Source of the DNA: Eledone cirrhosa
Taxonomy: Eukaryota
Assembly (NCBI GenBank): GCA_964016885.1
Contig: OZ024742.1
Coordinates: forward strand, 294,996,001-295,060,000
Direction of reading: 5' to 3'
DNA length: 64,000 nt
The notes below the pieces were generated by a model, which did no database searches, was not told the DNA's origin, and was given only the letters and a program-made list of their open reading frames with translations. Both the position numbers and the translations under genes were made by a program. Positions 37,839 to 49,794 of this stretch are shown piece by piece; within the stretch, counting starts at the first letter, position 1, and every line of letters begins with the position of its first letter.

Positions 37839-40800
37839 ATGAGACTGACAAAGATCAAAACATTGATAAACAATGAAAAACGGAGAAAAACTGCAATTAG
37901 GAATAGGGAGTACAGACAACGGAAAGCTGCAGAAATAAGAGGAAAAAGACAATCAGACGAAGCAAAATTTAAAAATAAGGCATGGCAAAAAGCATATAGA
38001 CTGAGAAGAGGCGACGAGGGCAAAAGTCAGGAGGCATCGTATCAAAAAGTGCGCAGACTGAGGGCAAAAATCAGCATGCATTGAATCAAAAAGAGCACAG
38101 AGTGAGAGCAGGCGATGAGGGCAACAGTCAACAGGCATTGTATCAAAAAGCACACAGATTGAGAACAGGAGAAGAAGGAATAGAAAAAGATGCCATATAT
38201 TTTTCACATTATTATTTTACAAATGCACGGTTGATACAACAAAAACACAAACTTTTGTACAGAAAAAAATGATTTCAACGATTTAAAGACATTCGCATGC
38301 AAAGGGAAATCATGTTACACAAATTCACAAAATCATATTTGGCTTCGAAAATAGAAAATCCAAAAAATCGGACACAGTATAGGAAGACATTCAAGCAGGG
38401 CCTTGAAAAAGTTTCCAAAATCTACAGAGAAGCACAGGGAATTGGAAATTTCATGTTTATGCACACATCAAATTAGCTAAGAAGGAGGGGTTGACTGCAT
38501 ACTGGGGGGAAATATTTTACCATACTTTCATAAATGAACACTTTCTATTCCCAAAAAGTACAGTTGATTATTTTCCTCTAACAGAACTTGAAAACCACAA
38601 TTTTCTGACTGATGACTGTCCAACAAATGAGTGCAGGTGTAAAGATGGTGATGAGCCAAGTGAGGGAGGTGCACAAGGAGAGGGAGGTGAGCAAAGTGAG
38701 AAAGGTGCACAAAGAGGGGGAGATGAGCCAAGTGAGGGAGGTGAGCAAAGTGAGAAATGTGCACAAAGAGGGGGGGATGAGCCAAGTGAGACAGGTGCAC
38801 AAAGGGGGGAGATGAGCCAAGTGAGGGAGGCAAGCAAAGAGGGACAGGTGCACAAAAAGAGGGGGATGAGCAAAGTGACCAGGAAGATTTTGATGGCAGA
38901 AAATGTACAGAACTTCTGACTTTGGCTAGATTGTGCAAATTTGGCCCCCCATCAAATTGCCCAGATCCCACTGCACGTCTAAAGCTAGCTAAACGAATGC
39001 ACAAGGCCATACATGAACTTTCACCTGATTTGACTGTGTCCCAAATTCGGAAAAAAATGGAAATCTTTGAGCAGTGTAAAGGATTCCATAGGGACAACAT
39101 CTATTGCATAGGACAGTCTGACTGCACAAATGGACTTGAACTGATTCGAAGTATGGCTCCTCACTCTCCTCGCATCCGTACAATTCTGAGATGTGTGTAC
39201 AAAGTGAGATCAGTCTGTGTCTGGCTAGACTCCTATGACATTTCAATCTTGGAAGGAAATTGGTCAATGTTTGATGATCTAGTAAATCCCCAAAACATGT
39301 CCAACAATCTGCTAAGCCGTTTGAATGAGATAGTGGAAAATGAAAATGAGAGCTTGCATTCAGAATCCTCAATCATGGCCAATTTTGCATCCATTATCAA
39401 ACATTTTAATAAAGAGATTCAAAAAATGAAAATCAACTGTGACATTTGCAAACAACGAGAATTAGATGCTAAACTCAAAGTCTGGGAGGATTGGAGCCCT
39501 TTGACAAATCCCTATCTCCTGGAAACCATTCAACAAAACTACTCTCTACCATGTACGATTTGCTCTACATGTAGAAATAGTCTTGTCAAAAAGTCGATAC
39601 CATCATTGGCTTCAATCAATGGCCTAGAAGTGGTCAAAATTCCAAATGAATTGTCAAAGTTGAACATGTATGAGCAGATTTTGATCCAAATGGCCAATTG
39701 CTTCATCAATGTCATTAAATTGTCACCCTATCGTTTCAAAGGTGCACCATCACATCTAGTAGCTGCTATTAAAGGAATAGCAACTCACATGCCACTACCA
39801 GTAGAAAACACAATCAATCATGTAATGAAAAAACTTCCATCGAATCAAAATGATGCATTTGAAATAATTGTTGATAGTCTTCCAACTAAAAAGGGCACAA
39901 TTTGGCGATCGCTAGTGAATATGCAAAATGTCTTTGATGCCTTGGAGTGGCTGAAAAACAACAATGACATTTTGATAGACAGAACCACAAATTTAGAGGA
40001 CATTGTCACATGCACTGGTGAAAATGTTTCCATCAATTTTCCACACATTCTCACACAAACTGGTGCTGAAACAGTCTATGGACACCATACTGTACAGCAA
40101 ATCAAGCCTGCACTCCCAAATCAAAAGGACCTTGAACTGTTTCGCATGAAACGAGTTGAAGGTACTCTTCTTCCGGACAATGATCCAAACCTGGATCTGA
40201 TGTGCTTCCCCCACTTATTCCCTAAAGGAAAATTTAGAATGATGCACATGAACAGACCCCATGGTAGAGTAAAGCCCTACATGTTCATCAGAAACAGACT
40301 CAGACATGAGGACCCCCGGTTTCGTAGAGACATTCAGTACATTCTCTACAATTTGGACAAGGCTGACAAAAGAGCACTAGATTCTGGCATTTATGCCGTA
40401 ATGAAATCACTCAAAAGTCCAAAATTGACACTTGCTCAATTTTATAAAAGATTGGAAGACAATGATGAACAATTGGAAAGTGGTTTGTCAATGATGATGG
40501 CGAATGTTCGTGGAACAAAGCCATTTTGGAAACGCAAGTGCTCCGACTTGAATGCCATAGATGAGAAATTCGGTCCTGCCCATTTGTTTATCACTCTTTC
40601 ATGTGCTGAATACTTTTGGCCAGGCTTGAGGGAATTTTTGGAAAAACTCAATAAAGACATTGCAAATGTTGAAACAAGGCCGATAGGGAATCTCTGTGCA
40701 AATGATGTTGTGGCTGTCAGTGAGTACTTTCACCATCGTTTTAGTGCTGTTTTTCATGATGTAATTTTAAATAAAAAAGGCCCATTTGGGGAAATTATTC

Positions 40801-42535
40801 ATTACTTTTGGCGACTCGAGTATCAACAACGTGGTGCCCCTCACATTCACCTTAAAGCCTGGGTTCGGGACAGTGTAATTTTTGACAAAGATCCTAAAGA
40901 AAAAATCAAGCAATTTATTGAACGCTGCATTACTTGCCGGCTACCATCCCCTGTGGCCAGCCCAAACTTGGCAAATCTCGTTAGACGGTTCCTAGTCCAT
41001 ACTTGTGGCAAAGCATGCTGGAGAATAGTGAGGAGAGGAAAAAATGCCGTTTTGGTTTTGCACGTGCAGTGGGGGCATTTCGGTTTTTCTCAGTTTCTGA
41101 AAGTATCAAATCACGAAAAAATGGTAATGGGACAAAAAAACTGTACCAATTGGAAAGAAAAGAATCAAAAAAGTACATAAATGACTACAATCCATGTTTA
41201 CTTCTAGCCTGGCAAGCAAATATAGATGCGCAATACATTGGTGAGAATAGTATGATTTTGAATAGATATGTCACCTGCTATCAGACTAAGGCTGAAAAAA
41301 ATGAGGCTGAGGGAGTGTGGGCGAATCTGGATCATTCCAAAACAAAATATGGGAAATACAAAAGTGCTGGACTGCAATTGCTTGGGAAAAGGGATACAGG
41401 AGGGTATGAAGCTGCTGACAAACTTTTGGGTCATCAGATCATGTTATTTGGGTAGGTGCAGACATTCCCAGTAGGCGCGGCCGCAGATTGAAATCTCAAA
41501 ATGATCTCGATGAACTGAGTGAACACTCAATGGACTTGTTCTACGAGAACATGGTGGAAACTTTTTACAAAAACCGGCCAAAATTCCTGGAAGATTCCTC
41601 CTTATATGAAGTTGCCAGCAAATATGAGAGGACACAAAAAAAACCTGTTGACAAATATGTGGCTACAAAAATGAGATTACTCAATGACAAGGGGTATTTT
41701 CATAGTGTAAAAGAGCGGGTAGTTAAAGCACCGAATATACAGCTCAAAAATGACACAGAACGTTATACCCACAATCTTCTAATGCTGTTCAAACCCTGGC
41801 GCGGTGAGGACAAAGATTTATTGGGGGGCTGCAAAACATTTGAAGAGTCCTTTCATCTGTGTGCAAACAATTTGCCTGATATGGTGAATTTTCAAAATGT
41901 GAGGAAAAAAATCACTGATGCAGTTGAGATGGGGAAGAGGTTGGAAAGGTCGGAGAGAAGAGGGGGAGAAGGAGGCAAGAGATGAGGCTGGTATTGATGT
42001 TCCCCAAATTCGAGATGTAGATGAAACTGCTCTACAGACAAAAGAAACACAGCTTAATACAGATCAAATATCCATATACAATCTAATTGTATCAGCAATT
42101 GAAAAACAGGAATTGCATTGGAATTCGGAAAACCCACTACCAAGGTGCAGATGTGATGATTGCCCACAATTTCTCAAATTTGTCTCTGGTGTAGGAGGTA
42201 CAGGGAAAAGTTTTCTCATTGATATAATTTCTGACAAAGTTACTCAAATTTGTTGCAAGAGAAATGGGGCCCCAGTAGTCATTTGTGCACCAACTGGTAT
42301 GGCTGCTTTCCAAATCAAGGGGACTACTTTGCACAGGTTCTTGAAATTCCCAGTCCAACATGGAAAGTCACCATCATATAGGGAATTAGAAAGTGATGAA
42401 CTCAAAATTTTGCGATCCACTCTAGAGGGTGTCCGTCTGATAATTATCGATGAAATAAGTATGGTCAGTCATCTAATGTTGGCATTTATCCATAGGCGTC
42501 TAGATGAGATTTTTGGGGACCAGAGTCAAATGACC
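37839..42535 (+). mobile_element. Helitron (Helentron/Helitron2-like) Rep-helicase, frameshifted and 3'-truncated
   Basis: CxxC pairs and a DUF6570-like region, LDLMCFPHLFPKG, FITLSCAE, HUH motif EYQQRGAPHIH, Y2 motif YVTCYQTK, PIF1 motifs GVGGTGKS, APTGMAA..GTTLH, IIDEISM, spread over ORFs 38922-41180, 41003-41455, 41488-41985, 41918-42544; basic repetitive N-terminus from ~37839. Confidence 0.9.
38640..38880 (+). repeat. Purine-rich compound tandem repeat inside the Helitron
   Basis: Recurrent GATGAGCCAAGTGAG and GTGCACAAAGAGGGGG modules. Confidence 0.8.
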
Positions 42536-42768
42536 AGTTTATAATCAAAGTTTGCTGATAAATCTTGTGTTCAAGTGAGTGAGTAGTAAGCGTGACGCTA
42601 GGGGAGGTAATCCAGAAATGACGTAGCTTTGTCATTAAGCCAGTTGCCTCAACTAGATTGCAATTATACTCAAAAGAACTTTAAAATGTCAATCACTTGT
42701 CAGTAATTCACTATGATCATTTAATTATTAGATAGTTGTTGCTTGCATTGCCTTAAAAAATAGTAGAC

Positions 42769-43752
42769 CAGATAGAAAAATGCGTACAGCAAAAAAAAGT
42801 AATATTGTTGGAATATAAACCTTTAAAAATACAGGACAAGAAACTAAAATAAAACTTTAAAAGAATAGGACAAGAAACTAAGATAAAAGTTTAAAGAATT
42901 GGACAAGAAATAAAAAATTTTACAATAATATTAGTGGCAACATTTTTTTATTCGTTTCCTGTGCTATGCCCCAGTATCTCCTTGATTAGTGCATAATAAT
43001 TGTCATGCTCTCATTGTGCGTTGCCCCTGAGCGGTTGGTTCTGGTTGGGGTTGGTTGGCTGAGCAGTTCTCCGTCAGAATGACCATTGCAAGAAGAATTG
43101 GCCGATGCAGCTGCAGGTCTCCTCCAAGAATGCACTTCTGGTCCCGCAACACCAGACGAAGATGGATAAGACGACCGGGACAAGATGTCGACTCTGACCA
43201 CCGACTACGGAACCTCCCTCAACCACCGGTCCTCCCTCCCTCTGTCCCGTCATCCCTCCAGTCCTCCTTCCTGTACCAGAAAGCTGTGGCACGCATTCAT
43301 CTGGACTGCCGGACTTGAACTCAAGGACAAGATGCAAGGAGAAGATGGACGGGTTGGTCAAGATCAAGGATGAGCGGGACGACAAGACCGTCCGCTGCTG
43401 CTCAAGATCTGTGCTCATGGGCCCATGGGTCCATTCACATTATGTATGACACATGAGGCGTGTCGCCAAATGATGAAATAGGGGTATGGTTATGGCCCAA
43501 TTGGTGTTCAAACCAGGATCAAATGATCCCCCCGGTCTGACGACGACCTCTGAATGTGGAACTCGATTTTTTACAAATAAAAATTTTGCCACTAATTGTA
43601 AAATTTTTTATTTCTTGTCCAATTCTTTAAACTTTTATCTTAGTTTCTTGTCCTATTCTTTTAAAGTTTTATTTTAGTTTCTTGTCCTGTATTTTTAAAG
43701 GTTTATATTCCAACAATATTACTTTTTTTTGCTGTACGCATTTTTCTATCTG
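42769..43752. mobile_element. Foldback-type non-autonomous DNA element with ~170-185-bp TIRs
   Basis: 42769-~42950 is the reverse complement of ~43575-43752; GGACAAGAAA sub-repeat three times per arm; GC-richer core; no TSD seen. Confidence 0.75.
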
Positions 43753-44979
43753 TAATTCTATATACATGATTCAAATATAGAGAAAATATCCAAACTAAAA
43801 ATTATTATAGACATTATTTTGAACTTTATATTATACTTGCACTCATTGTTTCTTTTTCTTATGTGTATATATATATATATTTAAATGTAACACGTTGTTA
43901 AGAGTATAACTGTTATCATTTGCCTAAAGTATACTATATTAATAATACCTAATATATATCTATATATACACATCCCTATATCTAATAATATGTTGATATC
44001 TTAGTTGAAGAATAATTAGTGCATTTACACCTAATTATACATATGTATAAATTTACCCGTAACATATTATTTTATTTTATTTTATTTTATTTTTATCTTC
44101 GTCAGTATTATTTACCTTAAACATACTGACTCATTAATATATACCTATATACATAATAGTTATTCAAATATTTATAACAATAATGTACTTCAAAGGCTTT
44201 ACATACCTAATATGTTGGGATATTTGTTAAAGTTTAGATTCAGGTAATTAATCAACAGTATAATATTTCATTCTTTATGTGCCAGCTAAATCCTTTAAAA
44301 TGTTATTCTCACAATTCAGAAGTTTAAAAATGATAACACACTTATCGAATTTATATAAATAATATATAAATAACCAGCAAATAATCCTGAAATCTGTCTT
44401 CACCTTAATATTATAAATTAAATATTTTCAAATATAACTGTTTAACTTTCTACAACGCCCCCCCCCCCCCACACACACACACACACTTTACTTTTCCCTC
44501 CTTATAAATCTCTTTCCAGTGGCTATCACTGGCTGTTATGATTCATGAGATGTCTCCTTAGATATATTTGTAGTATCATACAATTTAAAATTTTGGAACA
44601 CTTACAGTATGCAACGCTTTTTCTTAGACACTCTCTAATGAATTCATTACGTTTTCGCACTTTCACACAGATATTATGTAAGTAAAATTTTCTATCGGGT
44701 AATCACTACCTTGATTAAATCTTAACCATTTAACATCTCAGGGTATATCATGTATCATTATATTTTGTCTGAAGAGGATGTACTGTTGTACATCCTAAAT
44801 ATGTATAATAAAATGTAATTGATCAAAAGAACATCTATTTTATTAATACTTATATTTTAATATTAATAGCTCCTGGAAATTATTTACCGTTGAGTGCTTC
44901 CAATCGACTGTAAAACTCATTCTTTGACATAATCATTGAATATTGTTTAACAATTTAATACATATATATATATAAATAC

Positions 44980-47900
44980 ATAAGATCAAAAGATGGTTAA
45001 AAGAGTTCCATGTATTTTATTATGCGCATTTCAAAAAGAGGAGATGAGAGTAAAGAATGGAGGGGAAGGAGTATAATAAGGAAGGATGAGATAGGAGGAG
45101 AGATGGGTGATAGAGAGAGAGAGATAGCTTTTATAACTGAGAAAAATATATTGTTTTACAGAGAGAGGTTAAAAAACCATTGGAAGATAATATATAAATT
45201 AAAAGAATTTGAAAATTAATGAAGAGAAAAAGTTTTTGAATAATGTTAAATTAAGGTTTGTATATTGAAGGGTTTAATAATATGTGCGATGAAAAGAAAT
45301 TGTTAATATGTATTAAGAATAATATTAAGTTAAGGTTTGAATATTGAAGGGTTTAATAATATGTGCGATGGAAAGAAATTGTTGATGTGTATTATTTAAA
45401 AAATATAAAAATAGTAATATATTAAGGATATATTGTGAAAAGAAGTAGAAGAGCGGATGAATATGTGTAATATGTAGAAGTTAGATGAGCATGAAAGGGA
45501 GAAAAAAATAATGAATTGAGGATGAATAATCTAACGTCAAAAAAAATGTTTATGTTTACGAAGGATTTTTCAAGGTGATACTATAAAGTATTTAAAAGGG
45601 TAATATTAAATTTTATGGCCAGTGATAGGATGGAAGAAGGATGAGTGGATATATTGTGGTGAGTAATAATGAGAATTGAGAAGTATCTAGGAAGAAAATG
45701 TACAGATTAGAGGTTAGAAATTAAAAGAAAAAAGGAAAAAAAGAAAGAAAGGGAAGTGATAAATAGGAGTGATATAGAATGAGTAACTAGTATTATATAA
45801 TGTATAATAAATAACATTGAAATAAGGTAGAAAGATGGGTATATTTTTAAAGAAATATGTATGTATATATATATGTGCCTTTGAGAAAAAGGATTTTAAA
45901 TTGGTAAAGTATTAGATATTAGCTGTATACTTTATCGAATGTTCTGTGGAATTTATGCAAGCAGAGAGAAAACAAGTCAGTGCGTCTATTTATTATAGAA
46001 TCTAAATTAGATATAATGGTAAATTTCTCACATAAACAGAGATTACATGTCTTGGATAGAGAAGCAGAACAAACCTCCAAGAGATGTTATAGTTAATATT
46101 TTTGTCTTTCAAGGACCATATGAGTTCTGAGAGTGCCGTGCTGGTTCTTTTAAGTTGGTATTTAAAAGACGAATTATGATTATAAATCTCAAGGATCACA
46201 AAAACAACTTTCGTACTGAACTACCTGTTAGACTAATCGCCCCCTCTAAATCAGATCTGGGGGTTGTTAGCAAAGCCATCTTGGATAGAATTATCCCACA
46301 GGTTCGTTCTAATTGCTCCACTTCGAACTTAAATTTATGGTTTGATACTTCTGAAGTGATTGGCTGGTTCAACAAATTGAATAAGAAAAACAAACAAAAA
46401 TGTATTCAATTTGATATTGCCAGCTACTATTCTTCTATTTCGCCCTCACTTCTCAACAATGCTCTATCTTTCGCTTACAAATATTCAGACATCACCACAG
46501 ATGAACTTCACATCATTCTCACCGCACGTAAAACCACCCTAGAGTTCAAAAATGAATATTGGACCAGAGCTGATACCTCTAACAACTTTGACCACACAAT
46601 GGGAGCATCCGATTCATCCCAATTGACAGATTTAATTAGTATCTTTATTTTGAACTCTTTGAATCGGAAAATTCCTCAACTTCGCGGTGGCATTTTTCGT
46701 GACGATGGACTCTTTACTATCTTAAATTGTAACATAGTTAACCTTAATATTATTAAGAACAATATACGTAATCTCTTTAACCAACATAACTTAAAAATTG
46801 AATTTCATAACAACATCAAACTAGCTAATTTCTTGGATGTATCTCTTAATCTTGACACTGGCCTATATTACCCTTACCATAAAAACAATGTGAATCTAAA
46901 TTATGTTAATTTTAAATCTAACCACCTCACTAATATTAAGAATGCTATAGTTAGTAATATTGGAAAAAGAATATCCAACCTATCATCTAATAAAAACATC
47001 TTTGATGCTAACGCCAATTACTATAATAACGCACTTTCTAAAGCCGGTTATCCTAATAAAATCAAATATAGCAAAGAAACAAATTCTAGAAGATCTTACA
47101 GTAGAATAATTAATTATGATCATTCCAATAACTTTAATAAAAGACCTAGATACAAAAACATAATCTGGTATAATGCTCCTTTCTCCATCTCTATTAATAA
47201 TAATATTCCTAAATTATTTTTTAGTGCCTTGAATAAATGCTTCCCTCCCTCTCATATCTATAGAAACATATTTAACAAACACACTATAAAATTTTCCTAT
47301 TCGACCTCCTCCAACATCTCTAACATTATCTCTAAACACAACAATAACATACTAAACACTAAATCTCTTCCTTCCAACACTGAATATCATAATAATAGTA
47401 ATAGTACTCCCGACGTCATTGTTAACTCTAGGCTAATTTCTGCAAACCCCAATACAACGTCAAACGCAACTTCGTTAAATGTTCTTAATCCCAATCTAAA
47501 TCAAGAAACTATTATTCCTATCGTAAATAACTTCTCCAATCCAATTCCGTCTATAGATAACACTAGGTCACTTGTTAATAACTCTGCTAATTTCTCTAAT
47601 CGCAATTGTAATTGCCCTGTTAAAAATAAATGTCCTCTCAACAACCATTGTCTTGAAAAAAACTTAATCTATGAATGTAAAGTTATAACTGACACCAATT
47701 CCTTTACCTATTTTGGCTCCACTTCCACTTCCTTTAAAGCCATAAAATTTAATATTACCCTTTTAAATACTTTATAGTATCACCTTGAAAAATCCTTCGT
47801 AAACATAAACATTTTTTTTGACGTTAGATTATTCATCCTCAATTCATTATTTTTTTCTCCCTTTCATGCTCATCTAACTTCTACATATTACACATATTCA

Positions 47901-48552
47901 TCCGCTCTTCTACTTCTTTTCACAATATATCCTTAATATATTACTATTTTTATATTTTTTAAATAATACATATCAACAATTTCTTTCCATCGCACATATT
48001 ATTAAACCCTTCAATATTCAAACCTTAACTTAATATTATTCTTAATACATATTAACAATTTCTTTTCATCGCACATATTATTAAACCCTTCAATATACAA
48101 ACCTTAATTTAACATTATTCAAAAAAATTTTCTCTTCGTTAATTTTCAAATTCTTTTAATTTATATATTATCTTCCAATGGTTTTTTAACCTCTCTCTGT
48201 AAAACAATATATTTTTCTCAGTTATAAAAGCTATCTCTCTCTCTCTATCACCCATCTCTCCTCCTATCTCATCCTTCCTTATTATACTCCTCCCCCTCCA
48301 TTCTTTCTCTCATCTCCTCCTCTTTTTCATCATCCCCCCCCCCTCATTTTTTTCCCAATATCACACATCAATCTAAAACTAATTTTGATATGTTGATTTA
48401 AAACTGCACTATTCACAAGTGTTTTTTAACCTTCATATCATGTCTCCCTATTTTATCTGACGAAAACGCAAATGTCATCGCATGATGATATTTGTTTTTG
48501 AAATGCGCATAATAAAATACATGGAACTCTTTTAACCATCTTTTGATCTTAT
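44980..48552 (+). mobile_element. Penelope-like element 1 (RT + GIY-YIG), 5'-truncated, with inverted 3' copy upstream
   Basis: LKDHK..RLIAPSKS, QFDIASYYSSI, MGASDS, FRDDGL, FLDV, CNC..CPL..C, LIYEC..YFGST; 44980-45620 is the reverse complement of 47739-48552 (with a gap). Confidence 0.88.
48449..48519 (+). ncRNA. Degenerate hammerhead motif at the PLE1 3' end
   Basis: TATTTTAT CTGACGA, long stem II, GAAA TGCGCA TAATAAAATA; stem III and cleavage triplet mutated. Confidence 0.55.
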
Positions 48553-48658
48553 ATATTATTTATACTCCAGTCCTACAAACTGTAGAGTGCTACTTATCCG
48601 ATATCTGCATTGCTTTATTGTACTACAATAAAACTCACCTCCTACACACACACACACC

Positions 48659-48700
<42 letters not shown>

Positions 48701-49511
48701 TATTGAAGTTTCCGTTGAAAAGTGAAAAAGTCATAGGAGTGAAGAGTGCTCTATGTAAGTACCAGAGCTGAATTTAATGTATAATAAACAATACAATATA
48801 ATTACCTCATTACCAGAGGTTTCCTGAATAAGACGAATACGAAAAACGTCTTCATTCGTTCATCGGACAAGGTAATTTAAAACATAGTGAAATATTTGAA
48901 AAATCTCCTCAAGAAAGGCAAGAGTTTAACGTGCAAAAAAAAATAAAGCAAGAGATATATAAAAATAAGGAAATATAGTTAGGGTATGTGTATAAATGTG
49001 TATATATTCACTCACAAATGTACATATATGTGTATGTACAAATGCATGTGTATAGTGAAAATGTGTGCGTAAGTACATATATGAGGGCAAGCATAATAGT
49101 ATATGTGAGACCACAAATACGTATATAATATAAGTTGAAAAAGGAATTGTAAGATAATGTACATCCAGATATAGGTATTAAATATATACACATACAATTA
49201 TGAAAGCACGCGTATAAACACACACACACGCGCGATCATTTATATGCGGAAGATAAAAAGGGAAGGGAGTGTAATAGTCAAAAAGAGTGTCATATTCGAT
49301 ATATATAAAAATGAAACAATATATGAGAAAGAAAAAAATTTTGTTTAAATCAAAGAGAAAGTAAGAGGGAGGGGTTATCAATTATAAATTAACACTAGAG
49401 AAAAAGAAAACAAACATAGGTTCGCACGTACGCACATATACATATAAAAATATATATATATGAATACGTACAGGCAAAATCACATGCATACGTACATACA
49501 TACACACGAAG

Positions 49512-49542
<31 letters not shown>

Positions 49543-49794
49543 CGGCACACGTACGTACGCGACTATATATATACATATAAGCATACACACGCATATATAC
49601 ATATACATATATATATACACATACTTATACACATACATTCACCCACATACACACACTCGTATAAATATAGATATAAAAACATACATGCTCACACATATAA
49701 ACACACACACGCACACATACGGAGGCGCATGCATACTCACACGCATAGATACAAATTATAAACAAGCCATATGAAAAAAAGAAATACAAATATA

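Noticed and set aside
38491-39100. GEQSE-repeat ORF and antisense ORFs as host genes
   Set aside because: Explained by a tandem repeat inside the Helitron coding region.
42986-43418. Short ORFs in the foldback core (DVDSDHRL resembles an APE end)
   Set aside because: One short motif with no other endonuclease motifs; insufficient.
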